DNA of 64,000 nucleotides from Candidatus Thorarchaeota archaeon (GTDB taxonomy: Archaea > Asgardarchaeota > Thorarchaeia > Thorarchaeales > Thorarchaeaceae). Positions 27,211-38,198 of the stretch are shown here, piece by piece (within the stretch, counting starts at the first letter, position 1; each line of letters opens with the position of its first letter). The DNA lies in the NCBI GenBank assembly GCA_020348985.1, contig CP070761.1, positions 2,332,310-2,396,309 of the forward strand, in the 5' to 3' direction. A model generated the notes under the pieces. The model ran no database searches. It was given only the letters and a program-made list of their open reading frames with translations, and was not told the DNA's origin. The translations under genes were made by a program, and so were the position numbers.

Positions 27211-28335
27211 ATGGATGTGAAGAAGATTGCAGTGATTGGTTCGGGCTTGATGGGCGCTGGGATTGCTTATGTGTCTGCATGGAATGGCTTTGAGGTTCAT
27301 ATGACAGATATCAGCCAAGAATTAGTTGAGGCTGGTATGGAGAGAATCCGCAACGATGTCATGACTGGCATCGACAAGGGTAAGATGTCAATGACCGAGG
27401 CGGAAGGTCTCATGAGTCGCCTCAAGTATGGAACAAGCGCGGAGGAGGCCGCCAAGGACGCTGATCTGGTTATAGAAGCGATTTTCGAGAACATGGAGGT
27501 CAAAAAGGAAGTCTTCGCCAAGATTGACGCTGCCGCTCCTGAGCATACCATCTTGGCCACAAACACATCGTCTCTTTCGATCGATGAGCTCGCTAGTGCC
27601 ACCAATAGACCAGAACGGTTTGTTGGTATGCATTACTTTTCGCCCGTTGCAGCAATGAAGCTTCTAGAAATCGTGTTGGGCGAGAAGACAAGTGAGGGGA
27701 CTCTGGCAGTTGCCAAAGCTGTTGGTGAGAAACAGAAGAAGACATGTGTGACAGCCAAGAACAGTCCAGGATTCATCGTAAACAGAATCCTCATGCCTAC
27801 GATGCGAGAGGCCATCATGCTATATGAACGAGGTGTGGCCACCAAGGAAGAGATTGACACGGCAATGACATCGATAGCTGGAATGCCTGCCGGGCCCTTC
27901 ACTCTTGGTGACTTCGTTGGCCTAGACATTGCATTTAATGCAATGAGTACGCTCTACAGAGAGATTGGCGACTGTTTCACTCCTCCCGACACGCTCAAGA
28001 ACCTAGTAGAATCTGGTGCAATTGGCACGAAGGCTAAGAAGGGATTCTACCTTTACGGGGGCGAAGAGGAAGAACCTGAGCCTCCAAAGGGTGCAGATCT
28101 TGAGGAAGTCGCTCAAACGATTTCAATCATGGGAATCCGCGAAGCCATGTTGCTAGTAGATGAAGGGATTGCAGACAGAGAGGACATCGATTTGGCGATG
28201 AAGTTGGGTGCTGCCTTCCCACAGGGTCCGTTTGAGCAAGCAGAAAAGATTGGAATGGACAAGTGTCGCGAAATCATCACCAAGCTCTATGAAGAGCACG
28301 GTGAGTGCTATAGCGTTCCAAAGATGCTTCAATAG
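27211..28335 (+). CDS. 3-hydroxyacyl-CoA dehydrogenase with duplicated C-terminal domain
   Basis: GSGLMGAGIA, EAIFEN, TNTSS, GMHYFSP, PGFIVNR; second DIDLAMKLG..PQGPF. Confidence 0.93.
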   Translation: MDVKKIAVIGSGLMGAGIAYVSAWNGFEVHMTDISQELVEAGMERIRNDVMTGIDKGKMSMTEAEGLMSRLKYGTSAEEAAKDADLVIEAIFENMEVKKEVFAKIDAAAPEHTILATNTSSLSIDELASATNRPERFVGMHYFSPVAAMKLLEIVLGEKTSEGTLAVAKAVGEKQKKTCVTAKNSPGFIVNRILMPTMREAIMLYERGVATKEEIDTAMTSIAGMPAGPFTLGDFVGLDIAFNAMSTLYREIGDCFTPPDTLKNLVESGAIGTKAKKGFYLYGGEEEEPEPPKGADLEEVAQTISIMGIREAMLLVDEGIADREDIDLAMKLGAAFPQGPFEQAEKIGMDKCREIITKLYEEHGECYSVPKMLQ

Positions 28336-28478
28336 CAGGTGAATGTGGGCAACCATCATTGGTTGTCCAATTCATCTCTTTTTCTTGCGTTCGACGTGTC
28401 AGTTTCAAACTGTAAACTTGAGGAACGCAGTTTATAAGCAGGCGTCATTCCACCTTCACAGCATTTCAATAAGAAGGG

Positions 28479-29297
28479 ATGACAATGCCAGAATACGAAA
28501 CAATGTTGTACAGCAAGGAGGGTTCGTTTCTCTCGCCTGTTAAGAACGTGGCAGTTATCAAGCTCAATCGCCCAGACGCATTGAACGCGATTAATGATCA
28601 ATTCATCACAGATTTGGATGCTGCGTTGACAGAGGCCGAAAACGATCCTGACGTTCGTTCTATTGTGATAGGAACTGCCCACCCGAAGGTCTACAGTACG
28701 GGCGCAGACCTGAAGGCGGCTCAAGCCCTGCTGAACAGTCCTGAAGAAGTGAAGGAGCTCACAATTCAAGGACAAGCTGTCATTGATAGGATTGCTAAGC
28801 TAAGCAAGCCAACCATTGCTGCCGTACATGGTCTTGCTTTAGGCGGCGGATTCGAGATCGCGCTTGCCTGTGACATTCGCATAGCTGATGAGGAGGCGAA
28901 GTTTGGCTCAGTCGAGGTTGCCGTTGGCCTACTTCCTGGCTGGGGTGGTTGCGTCAGACTGCCAAGAATCGTGGGCCTTGGAAAGGCAATGGAAATGATT
29001 CTCACAGGCTCCCAGATCACGGCTGCGGAGGCCCTTGAGATGGGATTGATTAGCAAAGTGACATCTGTTGATGAGCTTATGAGTCAGGCAATGTGGTATG
29101 GCGCAAAGCTCGGAGGCAATGCACCTGTTGCGATGAGATTGGCCAAGCAGGCAACTCACATGGCGTTTGAGGAAGAATACAAAGACAACCTGAAGTTCGA
29201 AGCTGAAGCAATATACGAGTGCTTCAAAACGAAGGATCTTGGCGAGGGAATTGCATCAGTCTTCGAGAAGCGTCGTGCCAAGTTTACTGGAGAATAG
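28479..29297 (+). CDS. enoyl-CoA hydratase/isomerase
   Basis: LNRPDALNA, GADL, ALGGGFEIALACD, EVAVGLLPGWGG. Confidence 0.93.
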   Translation: MTMPEYETMLYSKEGSFLSPVKNVAVIKLNRPDALNAINDQFITDLDAALTEAENDPDVRSIVIGTAHPKVYSTGADLKAAQALLNSPEEVKELTIQGQAVIDRIAKLSKPTIAAVHGLALGGGFEIALACDIRIADEEAKFGSVEVAVGLLPGWGGCVRLPRIVGLGKAMEMILTGSQITAAEALEMGLISKVTSVDELMSQAMWYGAKLGGNAPVAMRLAKQATHMAFEEEYKDNLKFEAEAIYECFKTKDLGEGIASVFEKRRAKFTGE

Positions 29298-29308
29298 AAC
29301 ATCGATAT

Positions 29309-29345
29309 GGAGGCCTCTATGGCCTCCCTCACCATTTCTTCTGTC
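29309..29345 (+). terminator. hairpin plus pyrimidine tract
   Basis: GGAGGCC-TCTAT-GGCCTCC followed by a T/C-rich run after stop 29297. Confidence 0.5.
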
Positions 29346-29520
29346 TTCACATGTTGTATCATCAAGGTTCAATAGCCTCATTTTGCCACAATCAACAACC
29401 AAATACTGGTTCTGGAGAGACTCAATGTATTCCGTCAACCTTAAGACCACGTTGGAAAAGGTTGAGTATTGCGAGTAATGGTACCATTGGGAGAAAGACA
29501 CTCCCGTGGAGGATAATCAA

Positions 29521-30687
29521 ATGGGTAGAAATGTTGCTGTAGTGGCTGGTGGCCACAGCAAGTTTGGGAAGCGATACGACGCAACCATGAGAGAGCTTTG
29601 TGCCGAGGCGTACAAGCCAATCTACGATGAAGGTATAACACAAGACAGAATCGACGCAAGTGTTCTCTCGTATGCAGCATCGCAGTTCAGTGGTCAGGGA
29701 GCAGGCTCTGCACTCATTGCTGACTATCTGGGAATCCAGGATAAGCCTCACATGAGGGTGGAATCAGCATGTACAACGGGTACTGCATCTCTGAGAGCCG
29801 CCTGGGGAATGGTGGCTGCTGGTCTCTATGACGTCATGCTAGTTCTAGGTGTTGAACAGATGAATAGAGTATCTTCAGCCACAGCAACCGAGTACATGTC
29901 ACAGGCTGGAGACATGCGTTGGGAGTATCCATTTGGCATCTCCTTCCCCGCGTTCTATGCCCTTATGGCATCACGATACATGGCAGACTACGGTATTCCT
30001 CATGAAGTTTTGTCTAGGATTTCTGTGAAGTCACACCATTATGGTGCACAGAATCCAAAGGCCCATCTGCCTAAGGAAGTCTCTCTGGAAGAAGCAGACA
30101 ATGCAGTACCTATCTGTAGGCCCTTGAATCTGTATGATTGCAGTCTTATCACGGACGGTGCAGCCGCAGTTGTCATAGCCGCGGAAGAGAGAGTTAAGGA
30201 GTTCACTGATCGCCCGATGTGGATCAGAGGTATCGGGGCCGGAGCATCAGAGATGATGATTCAAGATCGCAAGAGCTTGACAAGCATACCTGGTGCGAAG
30301 AGAGCTGGAAAGGCAGCCTACGAGATGGCAGGTATCGGACCAGATGACATTGACATGGCTCAGGTTCATGATTGTTTCAGCATCGCAGAACTGATTGCAT
30401 ACGAGGATCTTGGTTTTGCCGAGCCTGGCAAAGGTCGTGAAATCGTTGAGAACAAGGAGAACTACCACGAGGGCAGGATTCCTGTCAATTGTGACGGTGG
30501 TCTGAAGAGCAAAGGCCATCCACTTGGTGCCACCGGAATCTCAATGACGTACGAGATTCTCAAGCAGATGAGAGGTGAAGCAGAGCAGCCGTCCAGGCAG
30601 ATTAAAGATGTTAAGTACGGACTTGCTCACAACGTCGGCCAGAGTGGTCAGTTTGTTAATGTCTTCATCTTTGAGAGGGGATTCTAA
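29521..30687 (+). CDS. archaeal/SCP-x-type thiolase
   Basis: RVESAC, DCSLITDGAAA, HDCF, GHPLGATG. Confidence 0.93.
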   Translation: MGRNVAVVAGGHSKFGKRYDATMRELCAEAYKPIYDEGITQDRIDASVLSYAASQFSGQGAGSALIADYLGIQDKPHMRVESACTTGTASLRAAWGMVAAGLYDVMLVLGVEQMNRVSSATATEYMSQAGDMRWEYPFGISFPAFYALMASRYMADYGIPHEVLSRISVKSHHYGAQNPKAHLPKEVSLEEADNAVPICRPLNLYDCSLITDGAAAVVIAAEERVKEFTDRPMWIRGIGAGASEMMIQDRKSLTSIPGAKRAGKAAYEMAGIGPDDIDMAQVHDCFSIAELIAYEDLGFAEPGKGREIVENKENYHEGRIPVNCDGGLKSKGHPLGATGISMTYEILKQMRGEAEQPSRQIKDVKYGLAHNVGQSGQFVNVFIFERGF

Positions 30688-31103
30688 TGGCAGAGGAAAA
30701 GGAGCTCTACCTTGGGTACGCTACTGACAAAGCGGTCACGCCCTTCATGGCTGATTGGCTCAGGAATCTGGAGCAGGAAAAACTCATGAAGAGCAAGTGC
30801 ACTTCATGTGGTACAGAGTATCTCCCTCCAAGGCAGCACTGTCAGAAGTGTCTCAGCATATGTGAGTTAACTGAATTCACTGAGAGAGAGGCAAAACTGT
30901 ACTCGTATGTCATAGTTGACTTTGGACCTGAAAGCCTCTCAGACAAAGCACCATATGTGGTTGCAATTGGTGAATTTCCATCGGGTCTCCGGTTGACGGC
31001 TCACATTACAAACCTGATGTCCCCTCCTGAGGTCGGAATGCCTCTAAAGCTTGCTTTCGAGAAAATTGATGATAAGAAGATCAGCTACAAGTGGCTAGTC
31101 TGA
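30687..31103 (+). CDS. DUF35 Zn-ribbon/OB-fold thiolase partner
   Basis: CTSCG..YLPPRQHCQKC; coupled to the thiolase. Confidence 0.9.
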   Translation: MAEEKELYLGYATDKAVTPFMADWLRNLEQEKLMKSKCTSCGTEYLPPRQHCQKCLSICELTEFTEREAKLYSYVIVDFGPESLSDKAPYVVAIGEFPSGLRLTAHITNLMSPPEVGMPLKLAFEKIDDKKISYKWLV

Positions 31104-31109
31104 ATAACG

Positions 31110-31142
31110 AGAGGGCCAAGGCGCCCTCTTACGATTTCTTTC
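31110..31142 (+). terminator. hairpin between convergent genes
   Basis: AGAGGGC-CAAGGC-GCCCTCT then a T-rich tract. Confidence 0.5.
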
Positions 31143-31489
31143 TAAGAACTGAATCTGCCGGCAGATGACTCCAGAACTTTTGCCCACTTGGTTAGAAACG
31201 CTACTTCTCTAAGAGTTTCAACATAGATTGCTGAGGCAGTCACAGGATCACTCTTGTCGATCTTCTTCATTGCATGGTCTATTAGTTCCATGATGTCCTG
31301 AAGCCGTCTTCTGCCCTCATTCCTACGATAGTCACTAAAAACGACATAGTCTTCTAGTTCTGTGTTCCATGCACTCATGAATTGCTCTTGCTCTAAGACT
31401 GCCGTACCCAATTCGTAAGTGCTTACCAGAGACTCCCTCATCGCGGTTAGCGAATCCTTCCACGCCTGTCTATTATTTGGTATGCTCAT
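31142..31489 (-). CDS. hypothetical helical protein
   Basis: SD AGGTGT before ATG 31489; 115 aa. Confidence 0.65.
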   Translation of the reverse strand: MSIPNNRQAWKDSLTAMRESLVSTYELGTAVLEQEQFMSAWNTELEDYVVFSDYRRNEGRRRLQDIMELIDHAMKKIDKSDPVTASAIYVETLREVAFLTKWAKVLESSAGRFSS

Positions 31490-31634
31490 AGCTGCACACC
31501 TGGGTTGCAAAGGGGTTTGCGGCGTCTCAGAGCCCTCCAAACGGGTACATAAGTATTGACGAAAAACTGTCGCGTACTCCCAATGCTTATTACTGACCAC
31601 TTACGGCTTCGCTTAGTCTACGAGGAGCGATGTT

Positions 31635-32423
31635 ATGATGTCCGAAGAAGTAGTTCTCCTTGACATGTCTAATGGAATAGCCACAATCACAATCAATCGA
31701 CCAGACAAGTACAACGCTTTGAACTCGGAAGTTGTGACCAAGATTCGGGAGTTCATGCAGAAAGCTGAGGAAGACGAAGCAATAAGAGTCGTTGTCCTAA
31801 CCGGCGTAGGCGAAAAGGCCTTTGCATCCGGGGCCGACATAAACGAATTCAAGGGCAGAGACTCCAAGAGTGTAAGGCCAAGGGTTGAGCGCGGTCAAGA
31901 GCTTTGCACGTACATGGAGTCGATGTCAAAGCCTACTATCGCAGCAATTAACGGATATGCTCTTGGCGGAGGGTGCGAGTTTGCCATGGCGTGTGACATT
32001 CGTTATGCCTCATCTAATGCCAGGCTTGGTCAACCCGAGATACTTCTTGGTATCATACCTGGATATGGTGGTACTGTCAGATTACCAAGACATGTGGGAC
32101 TTGGACGTGCAAAGGAGATGGTGTTTACTGGAGATCAGATCTCAGCTGAGGAGGCACACAGAATTGGACTAGTGAATCGAGTCTTTGAGACAGTTGACGA
32201 TTTGCGTGCCGGGGTTGACGAACTGGCGGCGAAACTCGTAAAGAAGCCAGGGGTCGCAATCAAATTAGCGAAGCAGTCACTGAACGGTGCGTGGTCTATG
32301 TCCTTGGAAGATAATCTTGTTTTTGAGATTGATGCATTCTGCGAGACTTTCGATACTGAGGACAAAGACATCGGAGTCGAGGCATTCCTTAGCAAGGGTA
32401 AACCAGAATTCAAGCACAAATAG
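31635..32423 (+). CDS. enoyl-CoA hydratase (crotonase)
   Basis: INRPDKYNALN, FASGADI, ALGGGCE, GQPEILLGIIPGYGG. Confidence 0.93.
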   Translation: MMSEEVVLLDMSNGIATITINRPDKYNALNSEVVTKIREFMQKAEEDEAIRVVVLTGVGEKAFASGADINEFKGRDSKSVRPRVERGQELCTYMESMSKPTIAAINGYALGGGCEFAMACDIRYASSNARLGQPEILLGIIPGYGGTVRLPRHVGLGRAKEMVFTGDQISAEEAHRIGLVNRVFETVDDLRAGVDELAAKLVKKPGVAIKLAKQSLNGAWSMSLEDNLVFEIDAFCETFDTEDKDIGVEAFLSKGKPEFKHK

Positions 32424-32455
32424 AAGGTGGGGCTCAGGCCCCTCCTTCCCTTTTT
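32423..32455 (+). terminator. hairpin plus T tract at a convergent junction
   Basis: GAAGG-T-GGGGC-TCAG-GCCCC-T-CCTTC then CCTTTTT. Confidence 0.5.
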
Positions 32456-33378
32456 GGAATGATTAGACCTCCCTCCAGCTCGACTCTTCCGTCTTCGACA
32501 AGTATGTCCAAGTGCTTCTCAACCATCAGTTCCTCGAAGAAGTAGAATGCATCAATTGGGATTCTCGGGTAGATGGTTGGCACCTTGACAAGCTTTGAGA
32601 CCGTGTTGTATCCCTGCGCAACAAGCTTTAGCAAACGCTCCTCTCGAACGTCGATGACGTGTAGATAGTCTTCGAGTCGTTGTCGCAGACCTTCAGTGAC
32701 TGGATTTATGAGATGGCTACTGATACCAACTTTCGGGTCAAGGTCCAAGACTCTTCTTATTGAGTTCTTGAAGAATCGAACGTCGCTGGTCACATTGCCA
32801 TACCAGGGCCCAAAGTTGGTTAGGTCGATATCAACTAGAAAGATAGTATCATTTCCGTTTATCCCAAAGCATGTATGGTCTGCTGAGTGCCCCGGAGAGT
32901 GAATTGGAAGGAGCGTGGTCTCCCCACATGATATTGGGCTGCAATCATGAAAGGTCCCGCTGACTTCATAGCTCATTTTTACGTGGGGGACCACAGCCTC
33001 GACATACTCAATCCAATCATTGTGGAAATGGTGATCACCTATACCAATGAGGTCTACCAGTCCGCGAAATGACCGTACTCCTGCTTCTGCCAATGTATGA
33101 CACAGAACCTCACACTCGGATTCTTTCTGAATGAAGGCTGCATATCCCTTGTGGTCAATATGAAAATGAGTAAGGACTATTCTGTCCAAGTCACGTATCT
33201 CGTGTCCAAGGTCCTTCATAGTCTTCCTTACATGATCTATGTTGGAACCCGCGTCCACTAGGGTTAGTATTTCATCATCAATAAAGAGGCAGTTCGCCTC
33301 AGGAAATCTGGCATTGTTTGAACCACGAATCAAGTGGACTTTTGGCTGGATCTCACTATGGATCGGATAGTCACTCAT
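32434..33378 (-). CDS. metallo-beta-lactamase fold hydrolase
   Basis: THFHIDH, SPGHSADH, SSH. Confidence 0.9.
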   Translation of the reverse strand: MSDYPIHSEIQPKVHLIRGSNNARFPEANCLFIDDEILTLVDAGSNIDHVRKTMKDLGHEIRDLDRIVLTHFHIDHKGYAAFIQKESECEVLCHTLAEAGVRSFRGLVDLIGIGDHHFHNDWIEYVEAVVPHVKMSYEVSGTFHDCSPISCGETTLLPIHSPGHSADHTCFGINGNDTIFLVDIDLTNFGPWYGNVTSDVRFFKNSIRRVLDLDPKVGISSHLINPVTEGLRQRLEDYLHVIDVREERLLKLVAQGYNTVSKLVKVPTIYPRIPIDAFYFFEELMVEKHLDILVEDGRVELEGGLIIPKREGGA

Positions 33379-33485
33379 TTCTTCTCGCAGCTTGTGAGAT
33401 GCAATCTGGGTCTAGTTAAAGCTAGCTCTATTCATGAAATACCTAGAATTCATATGAAGGAAGGTAATCACAGCTTGGCCTGAGA

Positions 33486-34961
33486 GTGAATGCGGTGAGC
33501 GGGAAGAGCCAGCGTCTTTTTGCTGTGTTTGATATCGGCACTACAGGCACACGATCAGTACTTGTAGATGAAGAAGGACGCGAGATTGGGAAGGCCTACG
33601 AGGAGTATCCAACGGCACCAAGGGAACTTGGCATCCACGAGCAACTTACAGAGACGTACTGGAGGACTTCCTCAGTCACAATGCAGAGAGCCTTGGCCAA
33701 GGCCAATCAGTCTCAAGAAGATGTTGTTGCAGTCATTGCTACAACGACAAGAGATTGCCTTACACTTGTCGACAAGGATGTGAATCCTTTGGCTCCAACT
33801 GTAACATGGCAAGACAATCGGACAACCGAGAAAGCCGAGGAATTGGCCGAGGAGCTCGGCCCTAGAAGAAGCATCAAGAGGCTGCTTTGGTTTCAACAGG
33901 AGCGACCCGAGATATTTGAGAAGGCTGCCAAATTCATCTACCTAGACGCCTACATCAATTACAGACTATGTGGTGCGTTGGTGAGCGATCCATCGAATGC
34001 TCGCTTTGGGCCTGTTGATCATAAGACTCTAAGATGGTCGGAAGAACTATGTGATGTCACTGGAATTCCAATTGACAAATTGGCGACAATAGAGTCTCCA
34101 GGTGTCATGATCGGGGAGGTCTCAGGAGAGTCTTCGAAAGCCACAGGTCTTAGAAAGGGCACACCTGTGATTATGGGGAGCGGTGATCAGCAGTGTTCTG
34201 CCCTAGGAACGGGCACAATCGAGAATGGGCGTGTCAAGGCGACCACTGGTACCGGTACATTTGTCATAACACAGACTGATGAGTTCATAGAGGATTCCTA
34301 CATCATGTTCAGTAATCCTGCAGCAATTCCAGGAAGGTGGATTTTGGAAGGAGTCATACCAGGAACAGGAATGGCTTACAAGTGGTATCGAGATAACTTC
34401 TATAGTGCAATGTCCGTCGCAGCGGTTTCAGCTAACGAAAACATCTATGGAATAATGGAGTCATCTGCTGCGGAAGTTCCTGCAGGTAGTGATGGCCTAG
34501 TCGTTTTCCCATTCATGCCATACAACAAGGGAATCATCTACAACCTCGGCTTTGATCATTCTCGAGCACACTTGGCAAGGGCGATCATGGAGGCAAATGG
34601 CTATGGTATACAGATGTATATCGAGATGATGGAAGGGACACTTGACATTGAATTCGAAGAAATCGTGATTGACGGAGGGGCTGCCAATTCGACCCTGTGG
34701 CGGCAGATACAGGCCGACTGCACAAACAAGACTGTTGCAGTTCCCGAAGTGAAGGATTCAACAGTCATAGGGGCCGCCATTTTGGGCACTGTAGGGTCAG
34801 GGATTTACAGCACATATGAAGAGGCGGTTTCGAACATGGTAAGCATCGAAGAAAGACGACAGCCCATTCCTGAACACGTCAGAATCTACAAAGAGAGATA
34901 CGAAGTCTTCAACAAGCTCTTGATTGCCGAAATGGCCCACTTAGTTGGAGAATCCTCTTAG
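33486..34961 (+). CDS. FGGY family carbohydrate kinase
   Basis: DIGTTGTR, WQDNR, GDQQ, GTG, DGGAANS. Confidence 0.92.
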   Translation: MNAVSGKSQRLFAVFDIGTTGTRSVLVDEEGREIGKAYEEYPTAPRELGIHEQLTETYWRTSSVTMQRALAKANQSQEDVVAVIATTTRDCLTLVDKDVNPLAPTVTWQDNRTTEKAEELAEELGPRRSIKRLLWFQQERPEIFEKAAKFIYLDAYINYRLCGALVSDPSNARFGPVDHKTLRWSEELCDVTGIPIDKLATIESPGVMIGEVSGESSKATGLRKGTPVIMGSGDQQCSALGTGTIENGRVKATTGTGTFVITQTDEFIEDSYIMFSNPAAIPGRWILEGVIPGTGMAYKWYRDNFYSAMSVAAVSANENIYGIMESSAAEVPAGSDGLVVFPFMPYNKGIIYNLGFDHSRAHLARAIMEANGYGIQMYIEMMEGTLDIEFEEIVIDGGAANSTLWRQIQADCTNKTVAVPEVKDSTVIGAAILGTVGSGIYSTYEEAVSNMVSIEERRQPIPEHVRIYKERYEVFNKLLIAEMAHLVGESS

Positions 34962-35176
34962 TCTGTTTTGACAGCGCAAATCAGGAATGCAGATGTGAAA
35001 GACCTGCCCCACTTGTCTAATCCTGCCGAAGTCCATCTGTTCTTGGTTCCGTTTCTTCTTCCTCACGGCTCTTTGCTTTCATCCGAAACTCTTGTATTGA
35101 CAGTCTGTATCCGCCTATGCGCAAGTTGCAGGAACCACACAACTCCAAAAAATCTTGAAAGGAGGACCGAAAAGCC

Positions 35177-36829
35177 ATGACCAAGTCTGACGTAGTTGTC
35201 GTTGGTGGAGGTAGCACTGGTACGGCTGTTGCAAGAGATTGCGCCCTGCGAGGGCTGAAGACATTGATGTTGGAACGAGACGACATAGCTTCCGCCACAG
35301 TTGGAACATGTGCAGGAATGATCTCTTCAGGTCTCAAGTATATGGACGAACCTCACATCGTTGACATGTGTTCGCAAGAGGTTGTCCATCTGAATAGAAT
35401 CGCTCGTCATATCGTGATGAAGAACCCGATTCTTACGCCAATGTTGGAATTGAGCGATCTTTCGTCCGGAGGAAGTTTCGCCGAGGAGTATTCAAAACGA
35501 GCTGCAAAGAGAGAAGTCCCTCCAGTTCTCTTTCTGACACCCGAAGATTCTCTCAAGATCGAGCCGAAGCTCAACCCCAACATAATCGCTAGTATGTACT
35601 TCGAGGAGTTCTTCATCGATCCATTTCGGCTTTGCATGCTGCAGGCAATAGATGCTCAGAGGGCAGGCGCGCTGATTCGCACATACTGCGAGGTCATTGA
35701 CATCACGGTGAAAGACGACTCAGTCGATGAAGTACTGTTTTACGACCGCGTCAAAGGGGATATTGAGCGGGTGAAAACGAAGACGGTCGTAAATGCCGGA
35801 GGTCCTTGGGCGCCGGGAATTGCCAAGATGGCAGAATCAAATGTCGAGATTCGTCCAAACAAGGGCGCACATGTTATCCTAGACCGCAGAGTTGTAAACG
35901 TGGGCATCATTGCCAAGGCTGTCGACGGTCGAATGATCTACCTCTTCCCCCATGAGAACACAGTCCTTCTCGGGACGACCGCGTTGGACACATGGGAAGA
36001 TCCAGATACTCTCGTGGCGTCACACGACGAAATCGAGTACTTGCTACAAAGCATGGAGTGGGTAGTGCCATCTATTCGAGAGGCAAGGATTATCCGAACA
36101 ATGGCGGGCGTTCGCCCTCTAGTTGCGAACTGGAAGGTTCCTGAAGACAAAGTCACAAGAGGTTACGAAACCATTGACCATGAATTCGAAGACGTCAGAG
36201 GCTTGTTCAGCTTCACAGGCGGCAAGCTTGTCATGTGCCGTCACATGGCCGAAACTGTCACGGACCTGGTCTGCGAAAAGCTAGGAGTGAAACACAAGTG
36301 TACTACTCATGAAATTCCGCTTCCGGGAATGGAGGCCGATGTAGACATTCTTGCTTTTTCTGCTGATTATGGGATAAGTCAACACGCGGTTGAGAGACTG
36401 AGAGCAAGAAGAGGGACCGAGATGACTCGTGTTCTCGAGCTCACTAGAGAGAACCCAGACTGGCGAACCACGATTTGTGCTTGCGAACCAGTGCTAGAGG
36501 CCGAAATCCGCTATTCAATACGAGAGGAGTTCCCACAGAACTTGAATGATTTGAGGCGAAGAGTTCGACTCGGCACCGGTCCATGCCAAGGCACTTTCTG
36601 CACATACAAGGCGTCTGCAATTCTGATGGAAGAACTGGATCTTTCGGGTGAGGGCTTCAAAGTTGACATTCTGGATTTCTTGGCTGAACGGTGGAAAGGT
36701 AAGCGTCAGTCATTCAGAAGAGAACAGCTCGTTCAGGAGGAGGTGACCCAAGGCATGTACACATGCGTGGCGAACCTCGACCAATCCGAAATTGAATATG
36801 ACCCAAAGCCATGGGAGGGATCGATCTGA
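35177..36829 (+). CDS. glpA: anaerobic glycerol-3-phosphate dehydrogenase subunit A-like
   Basis: GGGSTG..ARDCALRG, AGVRPL, GGKL, ICACE...RLGTGPCQGTFC. Confidence 0.88.
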   Translation: MTKSDVVVVGGGSTGTAVARDCALRGLKTLMLERDDIASATVGTCAGMISSGLKYMDEPHIVDMCSQEVVHLNRIARHIVMKNPILTPMLELSDLSSGGSFAEEYSKRAAKREVPPVLFLTPEDSLKIEPKLNPNIIASMYFEEFFIDPFRLCMLQAIDAQRAGALIRTYCEVIDITVKDDSVDEVLFYDRVKGDIERVKTKTVVNAGGPWAPGIAKMAESNVEIRPNKGAHVILDRRVVNVGIIAKAVDGRMIYLFPHENTVLLGTTALDTWEDPDTLVASHDEIEYLLQSMEWVVPSIREARIIRTMAGVRPLVANWKVPEDKVTRGYETIDHEFEDVRGLFSFTGGKLVMCRHMAETVTDLVCEKLGVKHKCTTHEIPLPGMEADVDILAFSADYGISQHAVERLRARRGTEMTRVLELTRENPDWRTTICACEPVLEAEIRYSIREEFPQNLNDLRRRVRLGTGPCQGTFCTYKASAILMEELDLSGEGFKVDILDFLAERWKGKRQSFRREQLVQEEVTQGMYTCVANLDQSEIEYDPKPWEGSI

Positions 36830-38196
36830 TGAACCTTGAAGCAGACATAGTCATTGTCGGTGGAGGAATGGCGGGTCTTGTCGCAGGGACCATTGCTAGC
36901 GAGGGCGGCCTTAGTTCGATTGTTCTCCGAAAGGGCGAAAGCGCAACATCAATGTCTTCAGGTGCAATCGATGTTGTCGGCTATCTTCCCGACGGAACAA
37001 TCCCTTTTGAGTCGCCAAAGGAGGGGCTTGTTGCCCTGGCAAGTCTTTATCCATTTCATCCATACAGCATTCTCGGTTTCGGAGAAGGCAAACCAGCCTT
37101 TGCCGAGAAGGTAATCACTGGAGTAGAAGCAGCTGTTGGATGGTTGAAGGACAAACTCAAAGATTCAGTGGCCAAGATTGTTGGTGGCCTAGATTCAAAC
37201 ATCCTATCACTCAGCATCCTTGGAACCACCAAACCAACTTGTCTGATTCAGGAAACAATGGTCTCTGATGGATTTGCTAACGAATTTGATTCTACTCTGT
37301 TGTTTTTGGGAGTCAAGGGTTATCCCGACTTCTTCGCATCCGCCGCAGCCAAGTCATTCCTAGAGCAATCAGAGATTGAGCAGGAAGGGCCGCGCAAGGT
37401 TGCCCACTCTACAGTCAGAATCTCTCCATTTGGCAACACCTGCAACATATCCGCTTCCGAAATCGCTAGACATCTTGATCACGATGACGCGCTCGGAGAG
37501 CTGCTTCCACAGATCAAAAAGACCGTGGATACTTTGGGCGCGACACATGTTGCACTGCCCCCCATACTTGGAATCAAAAATGCGCGAGGTAACAGACAGA
37601 GGATCGAAGAGGAGGTAGGAGCAATTGTCTTCGAGCTGCTGGCCTTTCCACCCTCGATACCTGGTCTAAGACTTCAGAGGGCGTTGGAGGAAACGTACAG
37701 AAAGTCTGGGGGACAGCTTCTTCTAGGTCACGAGGCCCTGTCAGCATACAAAGAGAAGAACCGATATGTCAGTGTCCAAGCGGGCGCCCCACGACGTTCA
37801 ATTCGCATTTCAACAAAGGCAGTTGTCAGCGCAACTGGGAAGTTCATTGGGGGTGGTCTCAGAGGCGCTGAAGACGGTTTGACCGAAACTGTGTTCAACC
37901 TTATGACAGTGACTGGAAATCTCATTCAAGCTGACAACATAAGGCCGTACGATTACACAAGTCCCTTCGCAGTAGACACTGGCGGACATTCGATCTTCTC
38001 ATGTGGTCTTACTGTGGACCCCCAATTTCGTCCCGTAATGCCAGATGGACAACCGGATGCTGACAATCTGTTCGCTGCAGGAAGCACATTGGCTGGCTAT
38101 GACTATCTTGTCGAGAAAAGTGGTCTCGGTGTTGCCCTTGTCTCAGGGTTCTATGCAGGGAAGAATGCAGCCGATGCCGCAAAGGAGGTTGACTGA
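36829..38196 (+). CDS. glpB: glycerol-3-phosphate dehydrogenase subunit B-like
   Basis: GGGMAG, SSGAIDV, PPSIPGLRL, ATGKFIGGGL, SGLGVAL. Confidence 0.88.
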   Translation: MNLEADIVIVGGGMAGLVAGTIASEGGLSSIVLRKGESATSMSSGAIDVVGYLPDGTIPFESPKEGLVALASLYPFHPYSILGFGEGKPAFAEKVITGVEAAVGWLKDKLKDSVAKIVGGLDSNILSLSILGTTKPTCLIQETMVSDGFANEFDSTLLFLGVKGYPDFFASAAAKSFLEQSEIEQEGPRKVAHSTVRISPFGNTCNISASEIARHLDHDDALGELLPQIKKTVDTLGATHVALPPILGIKNARGNRQRIEEEVGAIVFELLAFPPSIPGLRLQRALEETYRKSGGQLLLGHEALSAYKEKNRYVSVQAGAPRRSIRISTKAVVSATGKFIGGGLRGAEDGLTETVFNLMTVTGNLIQADNIRPYDYTSPFAVDTGGHSIFSCGLTVDPQFRPVMPDGQPDADNLFAAGSTLAGYDYLVEKSGLGVALVSGFYAGKNAADAAKEVD

Positions 38197-38198
38197 GT

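Noticed and set aside
34962-35176. 215-nt gap between the FGGY kinase and glpA with short stems
   Set aside because: The stems are only 4-5 bp and there is no recognisable riboswitch or SECIS core.
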